Position numbers and translations under genes: made by a program | DNA from: Bacillota bacterium | GTDB taxonomy: Bacteria > Bacillota > Limnochordia > DTU087 | Direction of reading: 5' to 3' | NCBI GenBank assembly: GCA_012727675.1 | Contig: JAAYGR010000139.1 | Coordinates: 1-47,802, forward strand | DNA: 47,802 nt | In this document: one piece after another, positions 30,004 through 38,765 of the stretch | Numbering within the stretch: position 1 is the stretch's first letter | Layout: each line of letters begins with the position of its first letter | Notes under the pieces: generated by a model | Told to the model about the DNA's origin: nothing | What the model saw: only the letters and a program-made list of their open reading frames with translations | Databases searched by the model: none

Positions 30004-30542
30004 TACTCGATCCCCTTTCGCACCTTTACACCTCGGTCGTAAGGGTGTCTAACGCAGCGCATCTCGGTTACTAGATTCGCTGCAGCAATAAGCTCAGCCG
30101 GCATATCCCGCCCTGTGAGGATTATTTCTACATGATTAGGCCGCTTGCTTATCAGAGCCAGGACCTGATCAATCTGGATCAAGCCAACTTTGACGGCATG
30201 GCTGATTTCATCAAGAATAACCAAATCATAGCTTCCACCTTGCACCACCTGGGAAATCTCTGACCATCCTGCTTCAGCTAAGGCCAGCTCCTCCCTTGTG
30301 GGCTCCCTGTTGATAATAAACTCCCCCGAGCCCAATTGGCTGATGGTCAAGCCGGGAGCTAGCCGCTGGGCGGCCAGGTGTTCGCCAGACTCCTGCCCCT
30401 TGATGAACTGGGCCATATAGACCTTAAGACCCCGTCCCACAGCCCGAAGGGCCTGTCCCAAAGCCGCGGTCGTTTTTCCCTTGCCGTTCCCAGTATATAC
30501 CTGCACAAGGCCGAAATCCAGATGATAGTCTCCTGAAGCCAC
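30000..30542 (-). CDS. cobO: cob(I)yrinic acid a,c-diamide / cob(I)alamin adenosyltransferase (CobA/CobO/BtuR type)
   Basis: GLVQVYTGNGKGKTTAALG P-loop, 180 aa. GTG start with GGAGGAG upstream. Confidence 0.9.
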   Translation of the reverse strand: MASGDYHLDFGLVQVYTGNGKGKTTAALGQALRAVGRGLKVYMAQFIKGQESGEHLAAQRLAPGLTISQLGSGEFIINREPTREELALAEAGWSEISQVVQGGSYDLVILDEISHAVKVGLIQIDQVLALISKRPNHVEIILTGRDMPAELIAAANLVTEMRCVRHPYDRGVKVRKGIEY

Positions 30543-30633
30543 GGAATCTCCTCCAAACTTACAGACAGCTTCCTGGTCTCCTTTCCTTCAAGAAGCCCAG
30601 GAAGCCTTGATCGCTCTGACCCCTATACTAATC

Positions 30634-31425
30634 TCAGTGGTGGCCGGGAACCAGCACTTGTACCTGGGGCTTACCAGTCAGGGGATTGGGGTAGACAACG
30701 ACATCTATCCCATATACCCTTGCAAGGATCTCATCCTGGAGAACCTCCTCCGGAGAGCCACCAGCTATGACTTTGCCCTGAGCCAGCAGGAGCAGTTGGT
30801 CGCAGTACCCAGCGGCCAAGTCCAAGTCATGAAGAACCACAATGGTGATCAGGCCCTCCCGGTTGGTTAACCGCCGGAGGAGCTGGAAAATCTCCACCTC
30901 GTGGTTAATATCCAAGGAGGCAGTGGGCTCATCTAGAAGCAGCACCTGGGGCTCTTGAGCCAATGCCCGAGCCACAATCACCCTCTGCCTCTCTCCCCCG
31001 GAGAGTTCCGTCATAGACCGTTCAGCCAGGGACAAGACATTAGTGGCTTCCATGGCCGCTGCGACAATTTCCCGGTCCTGTTTAGACATGGCCTGAAAAC
31101 GCCGAAGATACGGACTTCGCCCCATCTCCACAATGTCTCTAACGCTGAACTCAAAGCTTATCTGGGTTTCCTGGGGCACCACTGCCATGGTTCTAGCCAA
31201 GGTTCGGGGAGGCCAAGTAGCGATATCTATGCCATCGATTAAGATCCTTCCTTGATCAGGGACCAAGAGCCTTGTAATTATTTTCAGAAGGGTGGTTTTA
31301 CCGGATCCGTTGGGCCCTATGATCCCCAGCATTTCCCCGGCCTTAACTTTGAAGCTCACATCCTCTATGATGGGCCGCCGACCGTAGCTAAAATTTACCT
31401 TTTCAACAACCAGTTCGCTAGCCAT
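30634..31425 (-). CDS. btuD: ABC transporter ATP-binding protein (FecE/BtuD type)
   Basis: Walker A GPNGSGKTT, LSGGERQR signature and Walker B LLLDEP. Confidence 0.9.
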   Translation of the reverse strand: MASELVVEKVNFSYGRRPIIEDVSFKVKAGEMLGIIGPNGSGKTTLLKIITRLLVPDQGRILIDGIDIATWPPRTLARTMAVVPQETQISFEFSVRDIVEMGRSPYLRRFQAMSKQDREIVAAAMEATNVLSLAERSMTELSGGERQRVIVARALAQEPQVLLLDEPTASLDINHEVEIFQLLRRLTNREGLITIVVLHDLDLAAGYCDQLLLLAQGKVIAGGSPEEVLQDEILARVYGIDVVVYPNPLTGKPQVQVLVPGHH

Positions 31426-31442
31426 TGAGTATCCACCGCTAT

Positions 31443-32357
31443 TTAGAATCGTCCAGGATGCAGGATTCTTGCCAGTTCCAACAGGGCATCGGCAAGTCTC
31501 AGAGTTGTCCGCACAAAAGGTTCGGAGTCTACTACTATCACCCGGCCCTGCTGTACAGCCTTAATGGTTTGCCAGGCACTGCGGGCCATTACCTCATCCT
31601 CATAAGGCCATGTGAGCAAGATAACATCGGGATTCCTTTCCACAACCAACTCGCTGCTGTACTCAACCCAAGCACCGGGTGCATCAGCGGCCAGGTTGCG
31701 CCCACCAGCCAGCTCGATTAGCTCCTGCATGAAGCTTCCGGGTCCGCAGGTCATCAGCGGCTCATTCCAAATCTCTACGAACACCAGCGGCCGCTCCTCT
31801 TCAGAAATATCTCCTACGACATCTTGCACATAGCGGATTGTTTCCTTCATTCCCGCCACTACCTCCTGGGCCTTCTCCTGGGCCCCAGTCGCTTCACCTA
31901 GAAGCAGCAGCGCATCCATCACTTCATGGAGATTTGCGGGGTTAATGGCTAAAACCGGCAAGCCAAGCTCATCTAGTTTGGTGATAAAGGTGCTGACTAA
32001 CTGGGCATCGCCGATGATGAGATCAGGCTCCAGCATTAAAATCTGTTCGTAGTTCAAGTTCAGAGCATCGCCGATAATTGGCTTTTCCTGGGCTTCTGGA
32101 GGATAGTTGCTGTAATCACTGACTCCCACTACTTTGTCTCCTAATCCCAGGGCATACAGGTTCTCTGTGATGCTTGGGGCCAAAGAAATCAACCTCTCGG
32201 GGGCCTTCTCGATCAGGATTTCCCTATCCAAGCCGTCAATAATGATTGCGGGAAAATCTGCAGCCTGCACCGGAACAGTTCTCAGCAGCATCAGACAAAT
32301 GAACAGGGCAATAAAACCAGATAAGGATCTAGCCAATTTTCTATGCAAAAGTTCCAT
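31443..32357 (-). CDS. btuF: ABC transporter substrate-binding protein (BtuF/FecB family)
   Basis: Signal peptide, then ERLISLAPSITENLYALGLGDKVVGVSDYSNYP, typical of PF01497-type binders. I prefer ATG 32357 (MELLHRK...) after AAGAGGTGA over the track's GTG at 32366. Confidence 0.85.
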   Translation of the reverse strand: MELLHRKLARSLSGFIALFICLMLLRTVPVQAADFPAIIIDGLDREILIEKAPERLISLAPSITENLYALGLGDKVVGVSDYSNYPPEAQEKPIIGDALNLNYEQILMLEPDLIIGDAQLVSTFITKLDELGLPVLAINPANLHEVMDALLLLGEATGAQEKAQEVVAGMKETIRYVQDVVGDISEEERPLVFVEIWNEPLMTCGPGSFMQELIELAGGRNLAADAPGAWVEYSSELVVERNPDVILLTWPYEDEVMARSAWQTIKAVQQGRVIVVDSEPFVRTTLRLADALLELARILHPGRF

Positions 32358-32396
32358 ACTGGTCACCTCTTATCTCGACGTTTTTCATGCCAATGC

Positions 32397-32432
32397 TTAA
32401 AAAAATCCTCTTCCCAGTCAGGTAAGAGGACT
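32397..32432 (-). terminator. riboswitch expression-platform terminator
   Basis: Minus-sense TCCTCTT-ACCTGACTGGG-AAGAGGA followed by TTTTTT. It lies between the B12 aptamer and btuF. Confidence 0.8.
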
Positions 32433-32514
32433 CAAGGTCAACCGGCGTGTCATGATTTCCCATACCGCCAAGTTCCCATGCACCATCCCCTTTCCGCGAA
32501 GGTTCCTGGTTCAT

Positions 32515-32684
32515 CCCTTAGGCAGGTCTCCTGGCTACCGGATCATCACTTCCGCCACAGCCTTCCCCGCAAAGCTGCGAGTGACTGATGACAATTCCCC
32601 GGCGACAGTGGCGCGACCGCGTGGTCACGAGCTGTTCTGCTCGCCCAACTTCCCTATTCTCCCCGGATGCGGGGCACCTAAGGG
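32515..32684 (-). promoter_or_regulatory. cobalamin (adenosylcobalamin) riboswitch aptamer
   Basis: All elements are read on the minus sense:
- P1: CCCTTAGG (32684-32677) pairs with CCTAAGGG (32522-32515).
- AATAGGGAAG.
- GCCACTG.
- GGGAAGGC.
- B12 box: AGCCAGGAGACCTGCC (32536-32521). Confidence 0.92.
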
Positions 32685-32813
32685 TGGTGATTCACTTGTT
32701 TACCTAAAGGGCCAATGGGTGCCCTACCTAGTCTCTTTGGACTATTCGGCAGTATACTTTTAAATCCTGCCAGAACAGCCCATCCTTCACATCCTTAGTA
32801 CATTAAGTAACAT

Positions 32814-33671
32814 TTAGCGCTGCATCGGCGCTTTCCACACCTTCCGCACCTTTCGGATCTCGTCTCCATACTCCTGATATTTATCTACGGGAGATTCCAA
32901 GATGAAAGGGAGTTTGCCCAGTACCGGATGGTTAACTACTGCCTGAACACCCTCCATCCCGAAGGCTCCCTCTCCAATCCTGGCATGGCGGTCAATCTGG
33001 CTGCCCAATCCCTGCTTCGAATCATTAAGATGCATCATCTTCATCCGCTCAAGACCCAAGAGAGTATCAACCTCTTCCAAGAACCCATCGATCCCTCGGG
33101 TATTGGTTAAGTCATAGCCGGCGGCCAAAAGATGGCAGCTATCGAGACAAATACCCATCTTCTCGTGCCAGTCTAAGCGACGGAAAATCTCCCTTAGTTC
33201 CTGGAGGTTTCTACCAATTTCCGTCCCGTGACCTGCCATGGTCTCCAGAAGCAGAATAGGTTTCTGTTCATGATACCGCTCAAAGACAAAGGTTAGGGCA
33301 TCGACAATTCGGTCAATACCTGCATCGACCCCATCACCTAGGTGACTGCCGGGGTGCAGCACCAGAAAGTCCACTTCGGCAGCAGCAAAACGCTCCAGGT
33401 CTGTCAGCAGGGTTTCTTTGCCGAACTCATGAATATCCGGACGGTTTGTGGCCAGATTTATGGTATACGGCATGTGACCTACAACACACTCGATTTTTTC
33501 TTGCTGCCTAAGCTTGCGAAATTCTTCTATCTCCGCCTCCCCAATGTGCCTGGCTCGTCCGCCCCGGGGATTCCTGGTAAAAAACTGAAAAGCATTGCCG
33601 TCTATGGATCTAGTTAGTTCCACTGCAGCCGGCATGCCCTTTGCAATGGTAAGATGAGCACCAATAATCAT
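32814..33671 (-). CDS. nfo: deoxyribonuclease IV (endonuclease IV)
   Basis: 285 aa AP-endonuclease family 2 TIM barrel. MIIGAHLTIAKG..., HPGSH and HLNDSK motifs. Confidence 0.93.
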   Translation of the reverse strand: MIIGAHLTIAKGMPAAVELTRSIDGNAFQFFTRNPRGGRARHIGEAEIEEFRKLRQQEKIECVVGHMPYTINLATNRPDIHEFGKETLLTDLERFAAAEVDFLVLHPGSHLGDGVDAGIDRIVDALTFVFERYHEQKPILLLETMAGHGTEIGRNLQELREIFRRLDWHEKMGICLDSCHLLAAGYDLTNTRGIDGFLEEVDTLLGLERMKMMHLNDSKQGLGSQIDRHARIGEGAFGMEGVQAVVNHPVLGKLPFILESPVDKYQEYGDEIRKVRKVWKAPMQR

Positions 33672-33805
33672 TTTTCCTCCATAGTTATCCAGGTGAGTAG
33701 CACTCTACCAGTATTGTATTCCATACTTACCGTAATACTATACTTGGGCAAACCCTCATGAGCTCAAACAAGCGGGGTTAAAACCAATAGAGGAGGCGCC
33801 ATCAC

Positions 33806-34030
33806 TTGGCTAAAAGGAAGAATCAGCAGAATCAGCAGCAGGTTGCTGTGCAAGCTCAGCAGCAGGCCCGGCAGGCTCAGCAAGCCCGTCAGCAAGCCAA
33901 GCAGCAGACCCAGTATGAGTTCGGCCAACCCCTAGCTGGAGCTCAGAATCAGAATCAGAGACAGCAGAATCAGCAGGTAAGCCAGATGGCACAGCAGAAA
34001 GCACAGCAAAGACCGCAGAACCAGTCGTAA
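33806..34030 (+). CDS. small glutamine-rich basic protein, possibly a gamma-type SASP-like spore protein
   Basis: 74 aa with 32 Gln by my count. TTG start 9 nt after a perfect AGGAGG (33791-33796). A terminator lies downstream. Confidence 0.6.
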   Translation: MAKRKNQQNQQQVAVQAQQQARQAQQARQQAKQQTQYEFGQPLAGAQNQNQRQQNQQVSQMAQQKAQQRPQNQS

Positions 34031-34089
34031 CGAACCTATCACCAGAGATCGAAGCTAGAAACCCAAACTCGGAAAAACAGTCTCTCTAC

Positions 34090-34128
34090 AGCCGGAGAGC
34101 CCTGGCTTGCTCTCCGGTTGCCCTTTGC
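34090..34128 (+). terminator. intrinsic terminator after the Gln-rich gene
   Basis: CCGGAGAG (34092-34099) pairs with CTCTCCGG (34110-34117), followed by TTGCCCTTTGC. Confidence 0.6.
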
Positions 34129-34149
34129 TAGGAGGTCCTAACCTTTCTC

Positions 34150-35394
34150 ATGCTGGGAAAAAATCGATTCAACCAACCTAAGGATAACAAACTAAAACAC
34201 TGCCGGGAATGGCTAGAAACCACGCTGCTGGTCAAATCTGACTCCAAAACCTTGAGCTCAGCAGGACTGCTGGCGGGGGAGATACTCCTTTTTTCCACCG
34301 TAGGCCTTTGGGGAGCTGCAGCTTTATTTAGCATGCAAGGGCGCCCGGCTGTGCGCCTGGCTGCTGTTATAAAACACATGATCCCGTGGTTTCCCATGCT
34401 GGCACTTTGTCTATTGATTTCTCTAGCAGCAGCCCATATGGCTCAATGGGGTGAGCGCCGCTACGGCCGGGGCAAAATGGCCGCGGCAATGGCATCGATA
34501 CCGGTAATGCCGGTCATCCTCGGCATCCTCCTGGCTCAGCCGCTGTTTGCCGCTGCACCTCTCTTTGCTCTATTTATCATCTGGGCTGCTGCGGAGCTAT
34601 GGTGGCAAATCTTTCTTTACTTACTGCGGCACATGGCTAGTTTCGATTATTGGGCCCAGCTGGAGCTGGAAAGCAAAGATGCTGCCTCAGGTACTTCCTA
34701 TGACCTCAACTTTCATCGGGAGTACTTGGAGACCAAGAAAATCGCCCTCATGGAACGCAAACTCCGCTGGAAGGCGATGGCAAATGGCGAAAGCCCTAAA
34801 GAGAGCCACGCTGAAGCACTTGACACCAATGCCCAGTCCTCATCACCTACTCGGTGGACAATCCGGCTTAGTCCTCGAGTCATGATTCCTCTGGCGATGT
34901 GCTGTCTGCTCACTTTGAGCAGCATCATCTTCCTGCAGATGGAAGGCAAACAAGGCCAGGGCCCGCTCCCAGAAGCCGCGGCTCTATCCATCGACCCCCC
35001 TCAGGTTACCTTCTGGTACCAAGCGGTGGATCCGGAAGCCTCCTTGCTGGAGAATTTGGTAAACGCCTATAATGAAAGAATTGATGATCCCACCACTACC
35101 CCCGCCGTTGTAGGCATTAATCAGGGCGGCGACATTGCCCTGAGTATTTTCCACGCCCAGCTGTCGGACAGCAGTCCCGACATTATGCTGCTTCCGAGGG
35201 AATTGGCGCTCCAGCTTCACGGCAGCTGGAACCATTCGACTTGGGATTTGCAAGATGCCGGTTCCTACCTGCCTCTCTGGCCTGATCTCCCCTGGCGGCA
35301 GCGGCTGGCACTAGTCATCTCCCCAAACACCCAGTTCCCGAGAGAGACCCAAGCCTTTGCCGCATATCTCTATGACCAACTGAGCAGCCACTGA
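34150..35394 (+). CDS. hypothetical polytopic membrane protein with a short extracytoplasmic solute-binding-protein-like C-terminal region
   Basis: 414-aa ORF with several hydrophobic helices and a C-terminal segment VTFWYQAVDPEASLLENLVNAYNERI... The start codon is uncertain. The AGGAGG at 34131 is 13-14 nt from the ATG. Confidence 0.45.
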   Translation: MLGKNRFNQPKDNKLKHCREWLETTLLVKSDSKTLSSAGLLAGEILLFSTVGLWGAAALFSMQGRPAVRLAAVIKHMIPWFPMLALCLLISLAAAHMAQWGERRYGRGKMAAAMASIPVMPVILGILLAQPLFAAAPLFALFIIWAAAELWWQIFLYLLRHMASFDYWAQLELESKDAASGTSYDLNFHREYLETKKIALMERKLRWKAMANGESPKESHAEALDTNAQSSSPTRWTIRLSPRVMIPLAMCCLLTLSSIIFLQMEGKQGQGPLPEAAALSIDPPQVTFWYQAVDPEASLLENLVNAYNERIDDPTTTPAVVGINQGGDIALSIFHAQLSDSSPDIMLLPRELALQLHGSWNHSTWDLQDAGSYLPLWPDLPWRQRLALVISPNTQFPRETQAFAAYLYDQLSSH

Positions 35395-35414
35395 CAAGAT
35401 GAAGCTGCTCCTCA

Positions 35415-36602
35415 CTAGGAACTGCTGCCTCTAATCTCCCGGATCAGCGCCGGAAGAACCTCCTCTACCTTACCTACGATCCCATAAGTTGCGATGCTGA
35501 AAATGGGTGCATCGGGGTCGCTGTTGATGGCCACAATGATGTCAGAAGACTGCATGCCAACTATATGCTGAATAGCACCGCTGATACCGCAGGCAATATA
35601 GATCCTCGGTGCCACCGTCCGGCCGGTCTGTCCTACCTGGTGGGCATAACTCACCCAGCCGGCATCCACCACCGACCTGCTGGCACCTACTGCTGCTCCT
35701 AGCAGAGAAGCCAATTCTTCAACAAGGCGGAAGTTTTCCGGACTTCCCAAACCCCGACCGCCGGCTACCACTATATCAGCTTCAGCCAAATTGGGCCCTG
35801 TATCCGCATCCTCAATCACCTCGAGAATGCGCTGCCACGGCTCAAAGGTCGGCAGCTCCAAGGCAATTACCTGCCCCTTTCTGCCGGCCTGGCGATCAGG
35901 CTTCGGAAACACCTTAGGCCTCACTGTTGCCATCTGGGGCCTATGGTGGGGACAGCGAATGGTTGCCATCAAATTGCCGCCGAAGGCGGGACGGGTTTGC
36001 AGCAAGTTGCCATCCTCATCCAATGCAAAACCGGTACAGTCGGCGGTAAGCCCGGTTTCCAGGCCAGCAGCGACTCTAGGAGCTAGGGAACGGCCGTTGG
36101 AAGTTCCGCCGATCAGAAGAATCGCCGGCCGATGCTGCCTCACTGCGTGCTCCAGCACCTGAGCATATAGGTCATCCCGATAATGTTTAAGCTCCGGGGC
36201 ATTCCCCACATAAACCCGATCAGCACCGAATTCGATTAATTCTTGGGCAAGATGATCCACATCGTCTCCTAAAAGAAGACAGCCCAAAGACATTCCCAGA
36301 TCTGATGCCAACCTTCGGCCTTCGCCCAACAGCTCAAAGACAACATCCAAGAGCTCGCCGTCTCTCTGCTCGGCAAACACCCACACATCCCCTGCTGTAT
36401 CTTTTGGCTGGGGCTGCGGGGATGTCTCCCTGCCGGTGATATAGATAGCTTCCGTGGGACAGGCTTCTACACAACCACCGCAAACGGTACATTCTTCATT
36501 GAATTCAGGGCCTTCGGCTGCCATGGTAATAGCATCATAGGGACATGCCTCTTCACAGACCCCGCAAATAGTACAGTTATCTGCTCGCAGTCGAATTTCC
36601 AT
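35415..36602 (-). CDS. etfA: electron transfer flavoprotein alpha subunit fused to an N-terminal 2x[4Fe-4S] ferredoxin domain
   Basis: CTICGVCEEACP and CTVCGGCVEACP motifs, followed by a full EtfA/FixB sequence. Confidence 0.9.
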   Translation of the reverse strand: MEIRLRADNCTICGVCEEACPYDAITMAAEGPEFNEECTVCGGCVEACPTEAIYITGRETSPQPQPKDTAGDVWVFAEQRDGELLDVVFELLGEGRRLASDLGMSLGCLLLGDDVDHLAQELIEFGADRVYVGNAPELKHYRDDLYAQVLEHAVRQHRPAILLIGGTSNGRSLAPRVAAGLETGLTADCTGFALDEDGNLLQTRPAFGGNLMATIRCPHHRPQMATVRPKVFPKPDRQAGRKGQVIALELPTFEPWQRILEVIEDADTGPNLAEADIVVAGGRGLGSPENFRLVEELASLLGAAVGASRSVVDAGWVSYAHQVGQTGRTVAPRIYIACGISGAIQHIVGMQSSDIIVAINSDPDAPIFSIATYGIVGKVEEVLPALIREIRGSSS

Positions 36603-36641
36603 ACTCTATTTTCCTCCTGATGCCGATCCTGCCAAGATTAC

Positions 36642-37418
36642 CTAGAGGGCCTTAAGCCGCTGCCACAAAGCAGCCGCCTGTTCACTGGGTGTACCTTCAA
36701 GCATCTCACCCTTACGTTGTCTCTCCGGTTCGAAGGTGCGCCACACCTGCGTAGGTGAGCCCTTAAGACCGAAACGGTCTTCCTCTGCTTCAATGTCTTC
36801 TGGTCCCCAGACAGGGATTTCTGCCTTCTTGGCCCGCATCATGCCCCGCAGTCCCGGTATCCGAGGTTCGTTTAGTTCCTTTACTACGGTAATCACGGCA
36901 GGCAAGGGCACTTCCACCACCTCATAGCCCCTGTCGGTCAATTTCTCTGCCACCAGCTTATCTTCGGTAAGTTCCCTGATCTTTCTCACCTGGGTAATAT
37001 GGGGCATGTTCAGTTTAGCTGCCATGCCCGGGCCCACTTGAGCCGTATCTCCATCTACAGCCTGCTTGCCGCAGATCACCAGATCCACATTTTCCAGTTT
37101 TGCAACAGCTCTGGCCAGGGTATAGGATGTGGCTAGGGTATCGGCTCCGGCAAACTGCCGATGGCTGAGGAGAACTCCCTGATCGGCCCCCATAGCGACG
37201 GCATCCCGCAGTACCTGCTCAGCGGAAGCGGGCCCCATGGACAAGACGGTGACTTTGCCGCCCTTTGCTTCCTTTATTCGCAAGGCCTCCTCCAAGGCGT
37301 GAAGATCATAGGGGTTGATAATTTTATCTACTCCTTCCCGGATCACCAAGCCGGTCTCCCGATCAATCCGGGCCTGGCTGGGGTCGGGGACCTGTTTGAT
37401 ACAGGCGACTATATGCAT
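36642..37418 (-). CDS. etfB: electron transfer flavoprotein beta subunit
   Basis: MHIVACIKQVPD...INPYDLHALEEALRIKE. 258 aa. Confidence 0.92.
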   Translation of the reverse strand: MHIVACIKQVPDPSQARIDRETGLVIREGVDKIINPYDLHALEEALRIKEAKGGKVTVLSMGPASAEQVLRDAVAMGADQGVLLSHRQFAGADTLATSYTLARAVAKLENVDLVICGKQAVDGDTAQVGPGMAAKLNMPHITQVRKIRELTEDKLVAEKLTDRGYEVVEVPLPAVITVVKELNEPRIPGLRGMMRAKKAEIPVWGPEDIEAEEDRFGLKGSPTQVWRTFEPERQRKGEMLEGTPSEQAAALWQRLKAL

Positions 37419-37441
37419 GTGCTGTTTTCTCCCCTTTGTTA

Positions 37442-38599
37442 CTAGTTCTTACGGGCTGCTTTCTTAATTAAGTCGAGAGCAATGATGCTGCGCTGAATCT
37501 GGTTGGTGCCTTCATAGATCTGGGTGATTTTGGCATCCCGCATCATCTTTTCAACGGGATACTCCCGCATATATCCATAACCACCCAGGATTTGTACGGC
37601 ATCAACAGTGACCTTCATACAGACATCAGAGGCAAACAGCTTAGCCATGGCTGCAGCTTGGGATACATCTTTGGCACCGCTGTCGATCCATCGGGCTGCG
37701 GAATATACCAGTGCCCGGGCCGCCTCTATTTGAGTGGCCATATCGGCCAGCATGAACTGAATTCCCTGGAAGGAACTGATAGGCTGCCCAAACTGTACCC
37801 GCTCCCTGGCATACTTAACAGCTTCATCCAAGGCACCTTGGGCAATCCCCACAGCCTGGGCGCCGATCCCCGGCCGGGTCTTATCGAAGGTCTTCATGGT
37901 AATGACAAAGCCCTGGCCTTCCCGTCCCAACAGGTTCTCTTTCGGGATCCGGCAGTTTTCGAAAATAACCTCCCGGGTAGCTGAAGCCCGGATTCCCAGC
38001 TTTTTCTCTTTCTTTCCAAAACTCAAGCCCGGTGTGCCCTTCTCCACAATGAAAGCGCTGTATCCCCTCGGGCCTTTGGTCTTGTCTGTTACAGCAATGA
38101 CTGTATAGATATCTGCTTCACCGCCGTTGGTGATCCACTGCTTAGTGCCGTTTAGGACATATTCATCCCCATCCAGTACAGCTGTTGTGGCAATCCCTGA
38201 TACGTCACTGCCGGCATTGGCCTCCGTCAAGGCAAAGGCCGCTAAGCGCTTGCCGCTGGCGATATCCGGTAGATAGCGCTGTTTTTGCTCTTCGTTACCA
38301 AACATAATGATGGGAAAGCTCCCCAATCCGCTGGCCGCGTAGCTAACCGCTACACCGCTGCATGCCCTGGAAAGCTCCTCAACCACCAGTGCTTGTTCAA
38401 AAACACCGCCGCCCAGCCCGCCGTACTCCTCCGGTACCCAGACTGCAAATAGATCCGCCTCACCTAAAATCTTCATAAGTTCCCAAGGGAACTCTTCTTT
38501 TTCATCGAGCTCTGCTGCCACCGGCTTGACCCTTTCATCGGCGATCCGGGCAGCTAGTTCTTTGATCATCTGCTGCTCTTCGGTAAGAAAATAATCCAC
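37442..38599 (-). CDS. acyl-CoA dehydrogenase (butyryl-CoA dehydrogenase-like)
   Basis: 385 aa, with the ACAD signature and C-terminal YEGTNQIQ. GTG start with AAGGAGG upstream. Confidence 0.9.
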   Translation of the reverse strand: MDYFLTEEQQMIKELAARIADERVKPVAAELDEKEEFPWELMKILGEADLFAVWVPEEYGGLGGGVFEQALVVEELSRACSGVAVSYAASGLGSFPIIMFGNEEQKQRYLPDIASGKRLAAFALTEANAGSDVSGIATTAVLDGDEYVLNGTKQWITNGGEADIYTVIAVTDKTKGPRGYSAFIVEKGTPGLSFGKKEKKLGIRASATREVIFENCRIPKENLLGREGQGFVITMKTFDKTRPGIGAQAVGIAQGALDEAVKYARERVQFGQPISSFQGIQFMLADMATQIEAARALVYSAARWIDSGAKDVSQAAAMAKLFASDVCMKVTVDAVQILGGYGYMREYPVEKMMRDAKITQIYEGTNQIQRSIIALDLIKKAARKN

Positions 38600-38660
38600 T
38601 GTGGTTTCCCTCCTTAGTACATACTTCTATGAGCAGGTCCTAACTTTTGTGTTTCGCCGT

Positions 38661-38675
38661 GGATTATCATAATCC
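38661..38675. promoter_or_regulatory. perfect 7-1-7 palindrome, candidate operator upstream of the acyl-CoA dehydrogenase-etfBA genes
   Basis: GGATTATCATAATCC lies 62-76 nt upstream of the GTG start. It contains the -10-like hexamers TATGAT/GATAAT on the minus sense. Confidence 0.4.
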
Positions 38676-38683
38676 TGCCAATC

Positions 38684-38722
38684 ACGAAAAAGGCTGCAGC
38701 CTCTAAGTCAAGCTGCAGCCTA
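38684..38722 (-). terminator. intrinsic terminator after the corrinoid-protein gene
   Basis: Two copies of GCTGCAGCC (38693-38701 and 38712-38720) pair as a ~10-bp stem. TTTTT follows on the minus sense (38690-38686). Confidence 0.75.
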
Positions 38723-38765
38723 CCAAATTATGCCCAATCGGCGCCAAATTATACTAGTCCCTGCC

